DNA from: Anthoceros angustus
Taxonomy: Eukaryota > Plantae > Anthocerotophyta
DNA: 64,000 nt
Assembly: GCA_010909165.1 (NCBI GenBank)
Contig: VJWM01000019.1
Location: forward strand, 434,001 to 498,000
Direction: 5' to 3'
The notes below the pieces were generated by a model. That model ran no database searches. It saw nothing but the letters and a program-made list of their open reading frames with translations, and was not told the DNA's origin. A program made the position numbers and the translations under genes. Shown one piece after another: positions 25,891 through 37,651 of this stretch; position 1 is the stretch's first letter, and every line of letters begins with the position of its first letter.

Positions 25891-26254
25891 AGAGAGCAGA
25901 GAAATCCCCCCATCGGGATGTCGGGAGAGACGTCATGAATAAAGTTGAACTTGCGAGTTCTAAGCTGAATGTGGAGCGTCCCGACGCAGAGCGCGTGGCG
26001 GGCCTCCTCGCCGGGGCCGGGGCCGAGCACGAGCTTCCTGGCTGCGGCGAAGAGGGTGGAGAGGAGGGACAGCACGACCACGTCGTAGCAGCAGAAGGCG
26101 AAGACGTCGGAGTAGCAGACGACGAAGACCCCGTAGAAGAGCCAGAGGGAGCCCGGAGACGAGCGGATGCCGCGCCATACCAGGGTTTGGGGAAGGAGTA
26201 GCCCGAGTGCTCGAATCCGTCCAGTGCGCGGTCCGGCGACGACGTTGGCGCCAT
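25851..26254 (-). pseudogene. Truncated, frameshifted paralog of the membrane protein at 26871-27806
   Basis: Shares DGFEHSGYxFPK. One A is missing (cccaaaccctgg versus cccaaaaccctgg), which shifts the frame. Restoring it gives TLVWRGIRSSPGSLWLF...CCYDV. The signal peptide is deleted and most TM helices are absent. Confidence 0.78.
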
Positions 26255-26870
26255 CCTGGTGTTTTTGTGCTGTTCCCTGTCAGATTTCTCGGACTCGTCG
26301 AGCTTCCTGTTTCCCGAACGCGCCTTACTGGCGAGCACGTCTCCTCTGCTTGCAAGGGCCGCCTTCGCTTGCTACGGAGCTATTAAAAGGTCCGTACAGA
26401 AATGTACAGTTTTTCTCCAAGACCCTCCCGATGATCGCGTTGTGATAGGGTTTCGCAGTCTCGTGGCTGCGAGAAGCTTGCTACCACCGCGTTGTGGAGC
26501 ACTGGAAGAATGTACGAAGCTCTGTGTGTTCAAGGCAGGGATGGAAATTGTACACGCAAACAGGATCCGAGAAGGCCTCGGGAATCCGTAGTCTGTTCCC
26601 ACTATGTGCTTTGCATCGTGACCTGGCCAGACGTGATAGATTTCTTGCTAGGACTAAACGGGATTTGATAAGGCACCCGGCAGCCAAGAACATCGTCAGC
26701 TATCTCATGCCTCCACGGAGTCGAACCTGGCTCATCTCCTCACGACGTCATTGACGCGCTGGGAAGTTGATTCCTTGCGCAACTGTGTGATCTTGGGGTT
26801 CAGCAACCAGCATGAGAAGGAAGGCAGGAAGGCATTGTATGTAGCCAATCCAGAGGTGTGTGGTGACTAC

Positions 26871-27806
26871 CTAGTATGAATAGCTGTGAGTAGTGACGAA
26901 TCCTCCCGACATGATTTGCTCAACACCCGGGCCCATGGTGAGGGTTTGGGGCCTCTCGTCCAGCATCGATCCCAAGCACAGAGCCTGGAGGATGCCGAAC
27001 CCTGTGCACACACAGACGGTGCAGAGCAAGGCGAGCATGGGCGCGCGGTGGGTGCCCTCCACCTTCCGGGCCACCACGAATGCCGCGATGGAGAATCCCA
27101 TTTGCAGGCAGGAGAAGAAGGCGCACAAACCCTGCTCGATCTGCGGCAGGTGCCTGCGCACGCACCACGCCGTGAGCAGCATGAAGATGGCCGCGCCGAA
27201 GTAGGCCACGTTGAGCCGGTTGAGAGGGGGGTAGGAGTCCAGCATCGCGATCCCGAACATGGCCCCCAGCTGCAGGCCCACGAGCCCGCGCTGCGCCCAC
27301 GGGGACGTGCCCAGTTGGAGCAGCACCTGGATGGACACCATGGCCACCAGGTACGCCTCCACCGTCTCCGACAGCCGGGTCGCGCTCAGGCTGACGAAGA
27401 GCACCCCGAAGCCCAGCGCGGTGGTCACCATGGCCCCTTCCGCGTTCACGCCCAGGGACATGAAGGCTCGGAAGATGGAGTCTACGGCGGCGGCGGGGTC
27501 GGGCGTGGCGGCTGGGGCTGGGGTGTTGGCCTCCGCGTCGGACTTGAAGATGAACCTCCTGGCTCCGGCGATGGCGGTGGAGACCAGTGTCAGGGCGAAC
27601 ACGTCGTAGCAGCAGCAGAAGAAGATGACGAAGAAGAGCCAGAGCGAGCCCGGAGAAGAGCGGATGCCGCGCCATACCAGGGTTTTGGGAAAGAAGTAGC
27701 CCGAGTGCTCGAATCCGTCCGCTGCTCGGTCCATGGCCGCCAAAGCCGTGCCTGGTTCGGTGCAAGCGAGTGCTAGGGCGAGCAGCAACGACGATCTCAG
27801 CGCCAT
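26871..27806 (-). CDS. Intronless orphan multi-pass membrane protein (311 aa, signal peptide plus ~7 hydrophobic segments)
   Basis: Continuous ORF with strong GC3 bias. It starts MALRSSLLLALALA and has alternating hydrophobic stretches. A diverged paralog lies next to it. No family recognised. Confidence 0.75.
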   Translation of the reverse strand: MALRSSLLLALALACTEPGTALAAMDRAADGFEHSGYFFPKTLVWRGIRSSPGSLWLFFVIFFCCCYDVFALTLVSTAIAGARRFIFKSDAEANTPAPAATPDPAAAVDSIFRAFMSLGVNAEGAMVTTALGFGVLFVSLSATRLSETVEAYLVAMVSIQVLLQLGTSPWAQRGLVGLQLGAMFGIAMLDSYPPLNRLNVAYFGAAIFMLLTAWCVRRHLPQIEQGLCAFFSCLQMGFSIAAFVVARKVEGTHRAPMLALLCTVCVCTGFGILQALCLGSMLDERPQTLTMGPGVEQIMSGGFVTTHSYSY

Positions 27807-29397
27807 CCTGTTCTTGGTCCCTGTGAGATCGCTCATGCTCGCGCTGATGAAGCTCTGTCGAGCTTCACCAGGGCCGACGCCAATCCCGGACGCGCTCCTA
27901 GTGGACACCACGTCTCACTTCGCTTGCAACGGCCGCCTTGACTCGGCATAGCCCTATAAAAAGATCAGTACAGCTTGGCTGCAGAGTTATCCTCGAGGGC
28001 AGACCGTGTCCCCATGTCAGATCGCACGCTTGTTTGTGATCAAGCGGGACGAGTTCCTGTTGCCGGCCATGGCAGTGTGACTACCTCTTCTTCCAGCGCC
28101 AACTTCTCCGTGATCTTATGGCAATCCAGCACTGAAAGAGTGTGTGGAGCTCTATCTATTCAAGGCAGGCAAGAAATTGTACACTGCAGACAGATGCTAG
28201 ACGACCTCGATCACCCCTTTCAGTCTGATGGATCCCCCACTGCCTTGCATTCGGACAATACAAGATTGCCCTCATTGCAGAAGACACCTAGCAGCCAAGA
28301 ACATTGTCAAGCTGTGTCCGCAGGAAGAGCAACTTTGCTGATCTCCTCACGAGCTCACTACCGAGGACTCGTCATGAAATCCTCACCACATCCTTAGGTC
28401 TTGTGGACAAGGCAAGGGGTCCCGCCTAGCACGTCCAGTCCCTCCCAAAAATCTTCCAGTCATCGCCAAGCCCCAAGGTCGCTTGAACTCACATCGTAGC
28501 CTGAATTTCCTCTGCAGAGCCGAGAGTTGAGCACAGCGGTGAGAGTAGGAGGCACTTCACAGGTATCCATCACAGCAGCTGTTGCGACTGGGCAATGCGG
28601 GATGCTGGATTCCGAGAGTAGGGCATTTTATGAACTAGGATGCCATGCTGCAAGCCATATCGATGTTCAGTGACAAACCAGGTAAAGCTCGGACTCGTCA
28701 CCGCCTTTTCTAACCTACTACATAAACAGCCTCTAAAGCACTGCAATTGCAACGTGCTGTCTGTCGGTGCCGGGTTATCAAGAGTCTAGAGAGGAAAATC
28801 ATGTGCAGTTTGTGGATAGGGAAGAAAAGAAGACAATTTATTTTATTTTAATCCACTAAGGACTGATTTTCCGTCATGGGACTGAAATATAATAAGTGCA
28901 TAGATTACAGTAAATTGGTCTGGACTAATATAAAGGTAAATTCAAACAAGAGAAATAATCTTCAATCAATCAACAATGTCAATGAAATTGCGTGAACGAG
29001 GGCCAAACACCACCAATTCATCCCCACGAAAGAAAGCCACTTGACCTGCAGCGCAGTAGCACGAGGTGCTCTGAAAGTGGGTAACTTCTCCTTGTTAGTC
29101 TTCCATTGCGATGGTGTAAAATCTGCATTGATATATAACTGAGGAAGCCCTAATCATTGAAGGTGGAGACTTGGGGAAGAGAAGCTATATAATTGGTGCC
29201 CCACTTCCCGGCTTCATTTATCGGGCTGCCGTCCAAAGGTTATCAGAAAAAAGAGCTGAGCTTTTATAGATTTTATAGAGAGGGAACACAACATTCCCAC
29301 AGATGTATGGGTTATATGCACTAGCCACACTCATCCTAGCGCACAAAAATACTTGCACACACCACACCTTACCTAGGTGGGCTTGGCATTATACAGT

Positions 29398-29860
29398 CCT
29401 AGCCTTGAATCCTATAGATCGCTTCACTTTGAATCTTATTGGTCACTTAGTATTATATAGTCCTAGCCTTGAATTTGAATCTTATTGGTCACTTAGTATT
29501 ATATAGTCCTAGCCTTGAATCCTATAGATCGCTTCGGTTTGAATCTTATTGGTCACTTAGTATTATATAGTCCTAGCCTTGAATTTGAATCTTATTGGTC
29601 ACTTAGTATTATACAGTCCTAGCCTTGAATCCTATAAATCGCTTCACTTTGAATCTTACTGGTCACTTGACCTTGAATCCTATTGGTCACTTGACCTTGA
29701 ATCCTATTGGTCACTTGACCTTGAATCCTATTGGTCACTTGACCTTGAATCCTATTGGTCACTTGACCTTGAATCCTATTGGTCACTTGACCTTGAATCC
29801 TATTGGTCACTTGACCTTGAATCCTATTGGTCACTTGACCTTGAATTTATTGGTTACTTA
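29398..29860. repeat. Composite tandem array: A(64 bp)-B(46 bp)-A-B-A' followed by 7 perfect 24-bp units
   Basis: A/B units start at 29398, 29462, 29508, 29572 and 29618. ccttgaatcctattggtcacttga x7 spans 29671-29838. Confidence 0.95.
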
Positions 29861-30402
29861 ACTTGCCTTTTACTTTTGAACTTTTGTAGAAGATATAATT
29901 TTTTAAAAATATACAAATTTATTACGGTACTCTTCATAACGTATCAAAAGGTTCCGGGCTGGAGACAGTCTCTAGCAGATCTAGCAGATCTGCACTGTAC
30001 AGGGCTGCGCAGGCCGCCGATTGCGGGCAAGCATGTGCAGAAAATAGTTCATGGGAGTCGCGGAGGAGCACACCGTCGTGATCTGGAACAGTGGGCAGCG
30101 GGTAAAATCGACGAGTCAGGAAGCGATCAAGAAATGTAATGTTTGGGAGAGGCTTACACGACGGGTGGCGGGGAACGGTCGTCGGAAGAAAGCGCCAGCC
30201 TGAAAGCCAGGACTGGAAGAGGTCGATCGTCCACGGACCTTGTCGACTGCACTGGTCGGCGCCCAGTCCGAAACTCCGAGTCCTCTCCTGAAGGTGGGTC
30301 GGTGGATGCGACGGCGGTGGGTTGGAGGAGCGAGAATGCGGTGGTGGGTTGCGAGAAAAATGCTGCTCCGGAGATGGGTTTGAGCAGGTAGTCGGGACAG
30401 GG

Positions 30403-31105
<703 letters not shown>

Positions 31106-31108
31106 TTG

Positions 31109-31287
31109 GAACACATTATTAATTCGATAGAACACATTATTAATTTGATAGAACACATTATTAATTGCACCCTCACGATCTTGCTGAAGGGTGTGCACTG
31201 ACGAGTGAGGGGAGGGGCAGGTTCGAACCTGCAACCTCCTGCTTCAGGTGCCGGATGCTCAATCGACTGAGCTAATAATACAGGGTT
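31109..31287 (-). mobile_element. tRNA-derived (Arg-CCU-like) SINE candidate or tRNA pseudogene with a 21-bp tandem tail
   Basis: The minus strand reads tagctcagtcgattgagc (A box) ... gcaggttcgaacctgc (B box / T arm), with no acceptor-stem pairing. Downstream is attaataatgtgttc x3 (31109-31167). Confidence 0.6.
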
Positions 31288-31675
31288 AATAAATAGTAAC
31301 ATAAGAAACTGAACAAGGTTACTCTCGCGGCGATCCCAACGGTGCGACACCTCTTGATCCTGTCCGCCGTGCCACCTTGGGGTGCAGAGCCTGCACATTG
31401 CGAACTGCGGATTTGCCTGCCCCTTACTGTTCTTGTTCTTCTACTGTTCATGAAATTCTGTTCTTGTGTGAAGACGCGGTGCTGATCATGGCTGGCTCGG
31501 CTTGGGGAATGTGTTGGGTTGTTCTGTCCTGGTCCGCTTGCGGGTTCACTGTAGAGTTCCTCAAGGTGTCCTACAAGGCCAGAAGTTGGAGGCTGTTGGG
31601 GTTCTATTTCCAATGATGTGGTATGCAATTCATGCAACGGCAAGCGGGTGAAGCTATCAGGATCGAGGTTGCGAG

Positions 31676-33790
31676 ATGGCGCATTGTGACAAGTGCAAGC
31701 TGGGGCAATGCAAGAGGTGCGAGAGGGAGGATATACGGTTGGTTACAGATGTGTTGAAGGAGCGCCTGTCCATGTTGTTTCTCACCGTGGCTCCACCCAT
31801 GGACGTGCCTGGCCCCGCCGATGTGATCATCTATGTGTCCAAGAGGGCAGACAGCACGGAGGTGGTGCGGCTCCTGTGCCACTCCTGCATGCTCAAGAGG
31901 CCTTGTGACTTCTTCAGGGAGATCCTGGAGTATACGAGAATTGTGAGCAGACGGCCTACCATCCGGCCCCCCAGTTTTGTGCTGGACAGAAACAGCTTCT
32001 TCATGGAGCCTGATGGGGAAGGGGGGTTCTTGGGCCCGGCAGCGAGGACCATCTACGAGGATGTGAAGAGGGGGAGTGTGACGGGGTTGAAGAGGCAGAG
32101 TGTGGTGGCCCAGCCTCAGGAGGAGGCGCAGCTTGAGAGGCAGAGTATCATGCTTGCCCAGAGAGCCAGCATGGTTGCCAGTGGTCCTGTCCTGGATTCC
32201 AAGGCTTGTGTTAAACGGGGGAGGAGCCTGCAGGCCACTGGAGAGCAAGGTGGAAGTTTGAAAGAGGATGGGGTTGTGAAGGAGACCTCGTTGCAGAGCA
32301 GCATTGTTGCTGGTGGAGAAGCCAAGGATGGTGTCAAGATGGTCGAGGGAAAGGATGGGAGTGTGCTTCCTAATCCTGCTCCTGCTGCTACGAGGAGGGT
32401 GACCATAGTTGATCCTAAGGATGCACAGCAGAACGCTGCAGTCAGGAAGGAGAGCCAGCAAGGTGCTGTAAGATCTGGGAGCCTTCAAGGAGAAGGTGTT
32501 TCTGGGGCCGACCTAGCAGGAGAGGCTTGTGCAAAACTTGGGAACATCGCAGGGACAGGACAGGCGGTCTCAGAACCTGCAGATACCGTCAAGACGGACC
32601 TAGAGGAGGAAGATAGGCCTCCCAGTGTGGAGGGGGGGGACATGGCTGACGAACCTTGTTCCATTCGGAATGATTTCCTGGTCCAGCTGATGGCATTTGA
32701 AGCAGCCAGAAGGGAGACAGTCCATGAGAGGGAGACCCTGGTCAAGTTCCATCACAAGGGTATTCCGGTGGGCAAGTACTACGTGAAGCTCAAGATGCTG
32801 TCGTGGACAGAGGCCATGCTGCATGGTCTCATGGAGTACATCTACACAGACAGATGTCATCTCACGGTACAAGACCTACCTCTTGTGTACGCCGCTGCTG
32901 ACAAAATGATGCTCACATCCTTCACGCAAGCAGTGAAATACCGGGATCCTGTGCCATATGTGCGGTTTGCCATGGAGAACGAGGACAACAGACGGTCCAT
33001 TCTGAAGCTCTGCCAGCTTGCAAGGTGCCCCGAGCTCGAAAGCATCCAACAACTGTGCGAAGCCTTCGCATACGAACGAGAAAAGACCAGCAGGAACGTG
33101 CACATCCTCGTCTTCCACAGTGCCAAGAGACTCGGTCGGCACGCGGATGTGTTCGCTCAGGGTTTCCACAACTACTGCGGGTCTAAGTTCTGCATCCTCA
33201 AGGATCTGCCTCCGCTCTACGAGCATGGCTACCCCGAAGAGTGTTTCAAGAACCCACAGTGGACCAGAAGCCGACGCTCTCTGCTCAACACCTATGGCAG
33301 AGTTGTTGGCCCCCCTGGGAGCAAGTCTGAGCGAGATGCCAAGGACCTGGAGTACATTGTCATTTCCAGGCAGCCGCAAGGGTTCGGGGAGAGCAAGAAG
33401 GAACCCAACCTGGACGAATGGTGCACATCCCAAGCCGAGCAGAAGAACAAGGACAAGGTGTGGAGAGTTTACCTGTTCGGGCAGGAGATTGCTAGGACGT
33501 GCTACAGGTTCTTCAGATACGCTTGCGGTCTCACCCACAGACCCGTGTCCCGTGAATCCTTCAGCTTGAGGATGGTATCAGGCTTGATCGTCGGAGACAT
33601 CCTTGTCGAAATTTTGAAGAAGGCTGTTCCTGAAGGTGTCTTCCAGCCTCAATCTGCGCAGGCATACTGCCCTAAGCACAGCAGGACCAGACATGCAATG
33701 CAGGATTGTGCATTCCCTCACGGCAAAGAGAAGGATGCATCCTGTGTGAGACGCCATGGCACCTGCCAACCTCGTTGCATGGAATCATAA
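31676..33790 (+). CDS. Intronless BTB/POZ-like protein (704-aa ORF); C-terminus uncertain
   Basis: VVRLLCHSCMLKRPCDFFREIL resembles the BTB (A)H+xxL..S.YF segment. MLHGLMEYIYTDRCHLTVQDLPLVYAAADKMMLTSF resembles the BTB C-terminal helices. GC3-biased codons. Confidence 0.7.
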   Translation: MAHCDKCKLGQCKRCEREDIRLVTDVLKERLSMLFLTVAPPMDVPGPADVIIYVSKRADSTEVVRLLCHSCMLKRPCDFFREILEYTRIVSRRPTIRPPSFVLDRNSFFMEPDGEGGFLGPAARTIYEDVKRGSVTGLKRQSVVAQPQEEAQLERQSIMLAQRASMVASGPVLDSKACVKRGRSLQATGEQGGSLKEDGVVKETSLQSSIVAGGEAKDGVKMVEGKDGSVLPNPAPAATRRVTIVDPKDAQQNAAVRKESQQGAVRSGSLQGEGVSGADLAGEACAKLGNIAGTGQAVSEPADTVKTDLEEEDRPPSVEGGDMADEPCSIRNDFLVQLMAFEAARRETVHERETLVKFHHKGIPVGKYYVKLKMLSWTEAMLHGLMEYIYTDRCHLTVQDLPLVYAAADKMMLTSFTQAVKYRDPVPYVRFAMENEDNRRSILKLCQLARCPELESIQQLCEAFAYEREKTSRNVHILVFHSAKRLGRHADVFAQGFHNYCGSKFCILKDLPPLYEHGYPEECFKNPQWTRSRRSLLNTYGRVVGPPGSKSERDAKDLEYIVISRQPQGFGESKKEPNLDEWCTSQAEQKNKDKVWRVYLFGQEIARTCYRFFRYACGLTHRPVSRESFSLRMVSGLIVGDILVEILKKAVPEGVFQPQSAQAYCPKHSRTRHAMQDCAFPHGKEKDASCVRRHGTCQPRCMES

Positions 33791-35336
33791 TTAAATCGGG
33801 CAGACGATTGAGCAGCATGAGAATGAATGGACCCTAACACAGCTCTTGGTACAGGTCTGGACATGGTGCAGCGCAGAGGCTCTGGATACTTCATCGGAGG
33901 ATTCAACTACGGCAACAACATCACTCTCACCGGGCATCCCATCAAGCTCTTGGAGGCCAAGTGCATCCCAAAGACATGATAGGCAGGGCAGCTCTGAGGA
34001 TGATTTCCTGGTCCAGCTGATGGCATTTGAAGCAGCCAGAAGGGAGACAGTCCATGAGAGGGAGACCCTGGTCAAGTTCCATCACAAGGGTATTCCGGTG
34101 GGCAAGTACTACGTGAAGCTCAAGATGCTGTCGTGGACAGAGGCCATGCTGCATGGTCTCATGGAGTACATCTACACAGACAGATGTCATCTCACGGTAC
34201 AAGACCTACCTCTTGTGTACGCCGCTGCTGACAAAATGATGCTCACATCCTTCACGCAAGCAGTGAAATACCGGGATCCTGTGCCATATGTGCGGTTTGC
34301 CATGGAGAACGAGGACAACAGACGGTCCATTCTGAAGCTCTGCCAGCTTGCAAGGTGCCCCGAGCTCGAAAGCATCCAACAACTGTGCGAAGCCTTCGCA
34401 TACGAACGAGAAAAGACCAGCAGGAACGTGCACATCCTCGTCTTCCACAGTGCCAAGAGACTCGGTCGGCACGCGGATGTGTTCGCTCAGGGTTTCCACA
34501 ACTACTGCGGGTCTAAGTTCTGCATCCTCAAGGATCTGCCTCCGCTCTACGAGCATGGCTACCCTGAAGAGTGTTTCAAGAACCCACAGTGGACCAGAAG
34601 CCGACGCTCTCTGCTCAACACCTATGGCAGAGTTGTTGGCCCCCCTGGGAGCAAGTCTGAGCGAGATGCCAAGGACCTGGAGTACATTGTCATTTCCAGG
34701 CAGCCGCAAGGGTTCGGGGAGAGCAAGAAGGAACCCAACCTGGACGAATGGTGCACATCCCAAGCCGAGCAGAAGAACAAGGACAAGGTGTGGAGAGTTT
34801 ACCTGTTCGGGCAGGAGATTGCTAGGACGTGCTACAGGTTCTTCAGATACGCTTGCGGTCTCACCCACAGACCCGTGTCCCGTGAATCCTTCAGCTTGAG
34901 GATGGTATCAGGCTTGATCGTCGGAGACATCCTTGTCGAAATTTTGAAGAAGGCTGTTCCTGAAGGTGTCTTCCCAGCCTCAATCTGCGCAGGCATACTG
35001 CCCTAAGCACAGCAGGACCAGACATGCAATGCAGGATTGTGCATTCCCTCACGGCAAAGAGAAGGATGCATCCTGTGTGAGACGCCATGGCACCTGCCAA
35101 CCTCGTTGCATGGAATCATAATTAAATCGGGCAGACGATTGAGCAGCATGAGAATGAATGGACCCTAACACAGCTCTTGGTACAGGTCTGGACATGGTGC
35201 AGCGCAGAGGCTCTGGATACTTCATCGGAGGATTCAACTACGGCAACAACATCACTCTCACCGGGCATCCCATCAAGCTCTTGGAGGGGGCCAAGTGCAT
35301 CCCCAAAGACATGATAGGCAGGGCAGCTCTGAGGAT
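32670..35336 (+). repeat. Near-identical 1330-bp tandem duplication of the 3' part of the BTB gene
   Basis: atgatttcctggtccagctg at 32670 and 34000. The copies differ by one visible SNP (cccc/ccct) and by homopolymer indels. The junction shows gatttcc microhomology. Confidence 0.95.
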
Positions 35337-35553
35337 AGATTTCCCCACTGAGAGGACGTTCGTCACCTACATGTCTACTTCCCGTACTGTCGGGGTCCAG
35401 ATCGAGGCCACTTCGCGTCTGTTTTTCGTCAAGTCCTTGGAGGATCTGATGGGCATGCTGGAGTACGCCACCGGCATGAACGAGAAGGCATTCATTCCGT
35501 GGGAGGAGACAAGGACTATGGTAGAGCTAGTGAGGCCTGTAGAGCCGTTTTAG
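35158..35553 (+). CDS. Coding-like segment of 131 codons, possibly the disconnected C-terminus of the BTB gene
   Basis: GC3-rich codons with a globular-looking translation (YFIGGFNYGNNITLTGHPIKLLEG). It is separated from the BTB frame by several stops. Confidence 0.4.
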   Translation: MDPNTALGTGLDMVQRRGSGYFIGGFNYGNNITLTGHPIKLLEGAKCIPKDMIGRAALRIDFPTERTFVTYMSTSRTVGVQIEATSRLFFVKSLEDLMGMLEYATGMNEKAFIPWEETRTMVELVRPVEPF

Positions 35554-36073
35554 ACCCATGCTTCTGATCCTGCTCTTGCGAACAATCCCACCTCAAACTT
35601 TTTCGAATGAGATCACCACGAACTGCAAATCTGCTCAGCCTGCGGTCAAAGTGATGATAAAAGATAAAACTGTTGTCCTGTGTTGGGCATTGATCAAAAC
35701 GTTTCCTTCAGCGACAATGGCATTTCTCAACCGTTCTGGACAACGTGCTCAAAACATCAATGCCCAAATGGTTCTCATGAATATCCCCAAACACACTAGG
35801 TACCTATTTCTCCTAACCCACAAAAACTGCCCGCCTGTAAGGCGTCCTCCAGCAAATTTACCCGATACTTCTCTCCATGGAGAAACCAGGGCAGAGAACG
35901 AAGATGAAGCCATCGGATCAACGAACAGAGCCAACCTTCCTGTTGCACATGCAAATTCCTTCAGCAATGAAACAAAGATGCGAAGTTCTTACGAAGCAGC
36001 TTAGGAAGGAAAGTCATTCAGCTGTCAGGTAGCATTCTACATGAGGAGGAAGTGGGTACCTGGCTCGTCAGCT

Positions 36074-37651
36074 CTAGCCACCACCACTGCTGTAGGACTT
36101 CCCCAGAAGCATCATCTGAAGCTGGTCATTGATGGAGAGCACTCCGGCACCAGCAACTGCCCGTAAGATGTTGGCTCCAGCACCCTTGAAGAGAGATTTG
36201 TGGCCCTCTTTTGCAACAATCTGTTTGTAAGCATCATACGAGCTCTTGTATTTCACAGCTTCTCCTGACGTCATCATCATACGACGACGAACCGTATCCA
36301 AGGGGTAGGATGCCAGCCCTGCAGCAATTGTGATCGCCCATCCTAGGAAGAAACTTCCGAGAAAGCTACCCTGTGCAACACACAAATTTGCATCATCTGC
36401 TGAGCTCGCAGCAGCCAACTCCTCAAACGATCAACCTAGCTAACAGGAAGGACGTCGTTAAACACCAGTGCACTTACCTCCAGATTACCCGTCAGAAGAA
36501 CTGGTTTCAATGAGTCATACATCCCAAAATATAAGCCACGATACACCACGATTCCCACGCAAGAAATGTTGAATCCACGGTACAAACCAGCAATCCCATC
36601 TGTTTTCAAGGTCTTTCTGTAAACATCCAAAAGACCATTGAATTGACGCTCTCCTCCTCCCTTTTTTGAGGACTTCGAATCACTCGCCAATCGTGTCCTT
36701 GCATAGTCAAGGGAGTAAACAAATGAAAGAGAAACTGCACCCGCCATACCACCGGAAGCTAGATTTCCACCAAACCATTTCCAATATCCATCTTTCTCTT
36801 TTTTATACCCAAATAAGGCTTTGAAGTAGTCTTTGAAAGCGAAATTCAATGCCTACATTTTGAGATGGGCAAGGTGTTAGAAGAAATTATGTAGACCATT
36901 TTCAGTCTACAAAAACTATCACAGCAATGTAATAAAAAGAAGAGATAATCTTTATCTATACTTTTAAATTATATTCACTATCAACTCAACACTGGTTTGC
37001 AAATTGAGCATATGCTTGCAATAAAAATGAAAAGAAAGATACAAACATAGGAAGGTGAGTATATACTTGTGTGGGAAAGTAACGGATAACATTTGCCAAG
37101 TTTCCACGCCACAGAGCCATGGTTCCCTCTTCTGCCATCGTGCGTTGGAAACAATCCGCAATACCTTTGTATGGCTTAGCAAGACGACCTGTCTTCAACA
37201 TCTCATCTTGATTCTGAATGAGGAGCTTGATACGCTCAATGGGAGCAGCAGCCGTCTTTGACACTGCCGCTGAGACACCTCCCATGAGAAAATCAATTAG
37301 AAAATCATTCACACTTTTACCTTCTTTTGGCTTACCGGCCTTCCCCTCTGAACCGGATGCAACAAATATCGGTGGACTAGAGAACAGTCTTGAGGTACAA
37401 CTTGGAGTTGCTATAACACTATAGTTGGAACCACCAAAGAAACAACTACGAGCATATGCACCAATGCATTTGGTCTCATCTGGAGACCCATGAAGTTTTG
37501 GAGCTTGAAGTACAGACATCTCCACAATCTTCTTGGAAGAGTTGAAATGCTCATAGTCCAAAGTAGACACATTTGGAGAGGAGTAAAGCTGTCTTGGAAA
37601 CCTTTGAAGAAGAGAAGGAACTATTGGAGACCATTTCTCCTCAAAAGCCAT
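36074..37651 (-). CDS. AAC: Mitochondrial ADP/ATP carrier (3 exons: 37651-37067, 36852-36478, 36370-36074)
   Basis: [68 protein letters not shown], the RRRMMM signature and [10 protein letters not shown]. Plant-type N-terminal extension. Confidence 0.97.

Noticed and set aside
26886-27776. 296-aa plus-strand ORF and the 281-aa alternative minus frame
   Set aside because: Shadow frames of the GC-rich membrane protein gene.
27950-27970. TATAAAA near the membrane-protein genes
   Set aside because: It lies on the plus strand, opposite to the genes' orientation, so it cannot be assigned as their promoter.
29671-29838. 24-bp repeat array as CRISPR
   Set aside because: Units are contiguous with no unique spacers, there are no cas genes, and the context is eukaryotic. 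The repeat-derived ORFs (ESYWSLDL, TNRIQGQV) are by-products.
35558-36004. 148-aa plus-strand ORF
   Set aside because: It lies in the convergent 3' region of the AAC and BTB genes, without coding bias or motifs.
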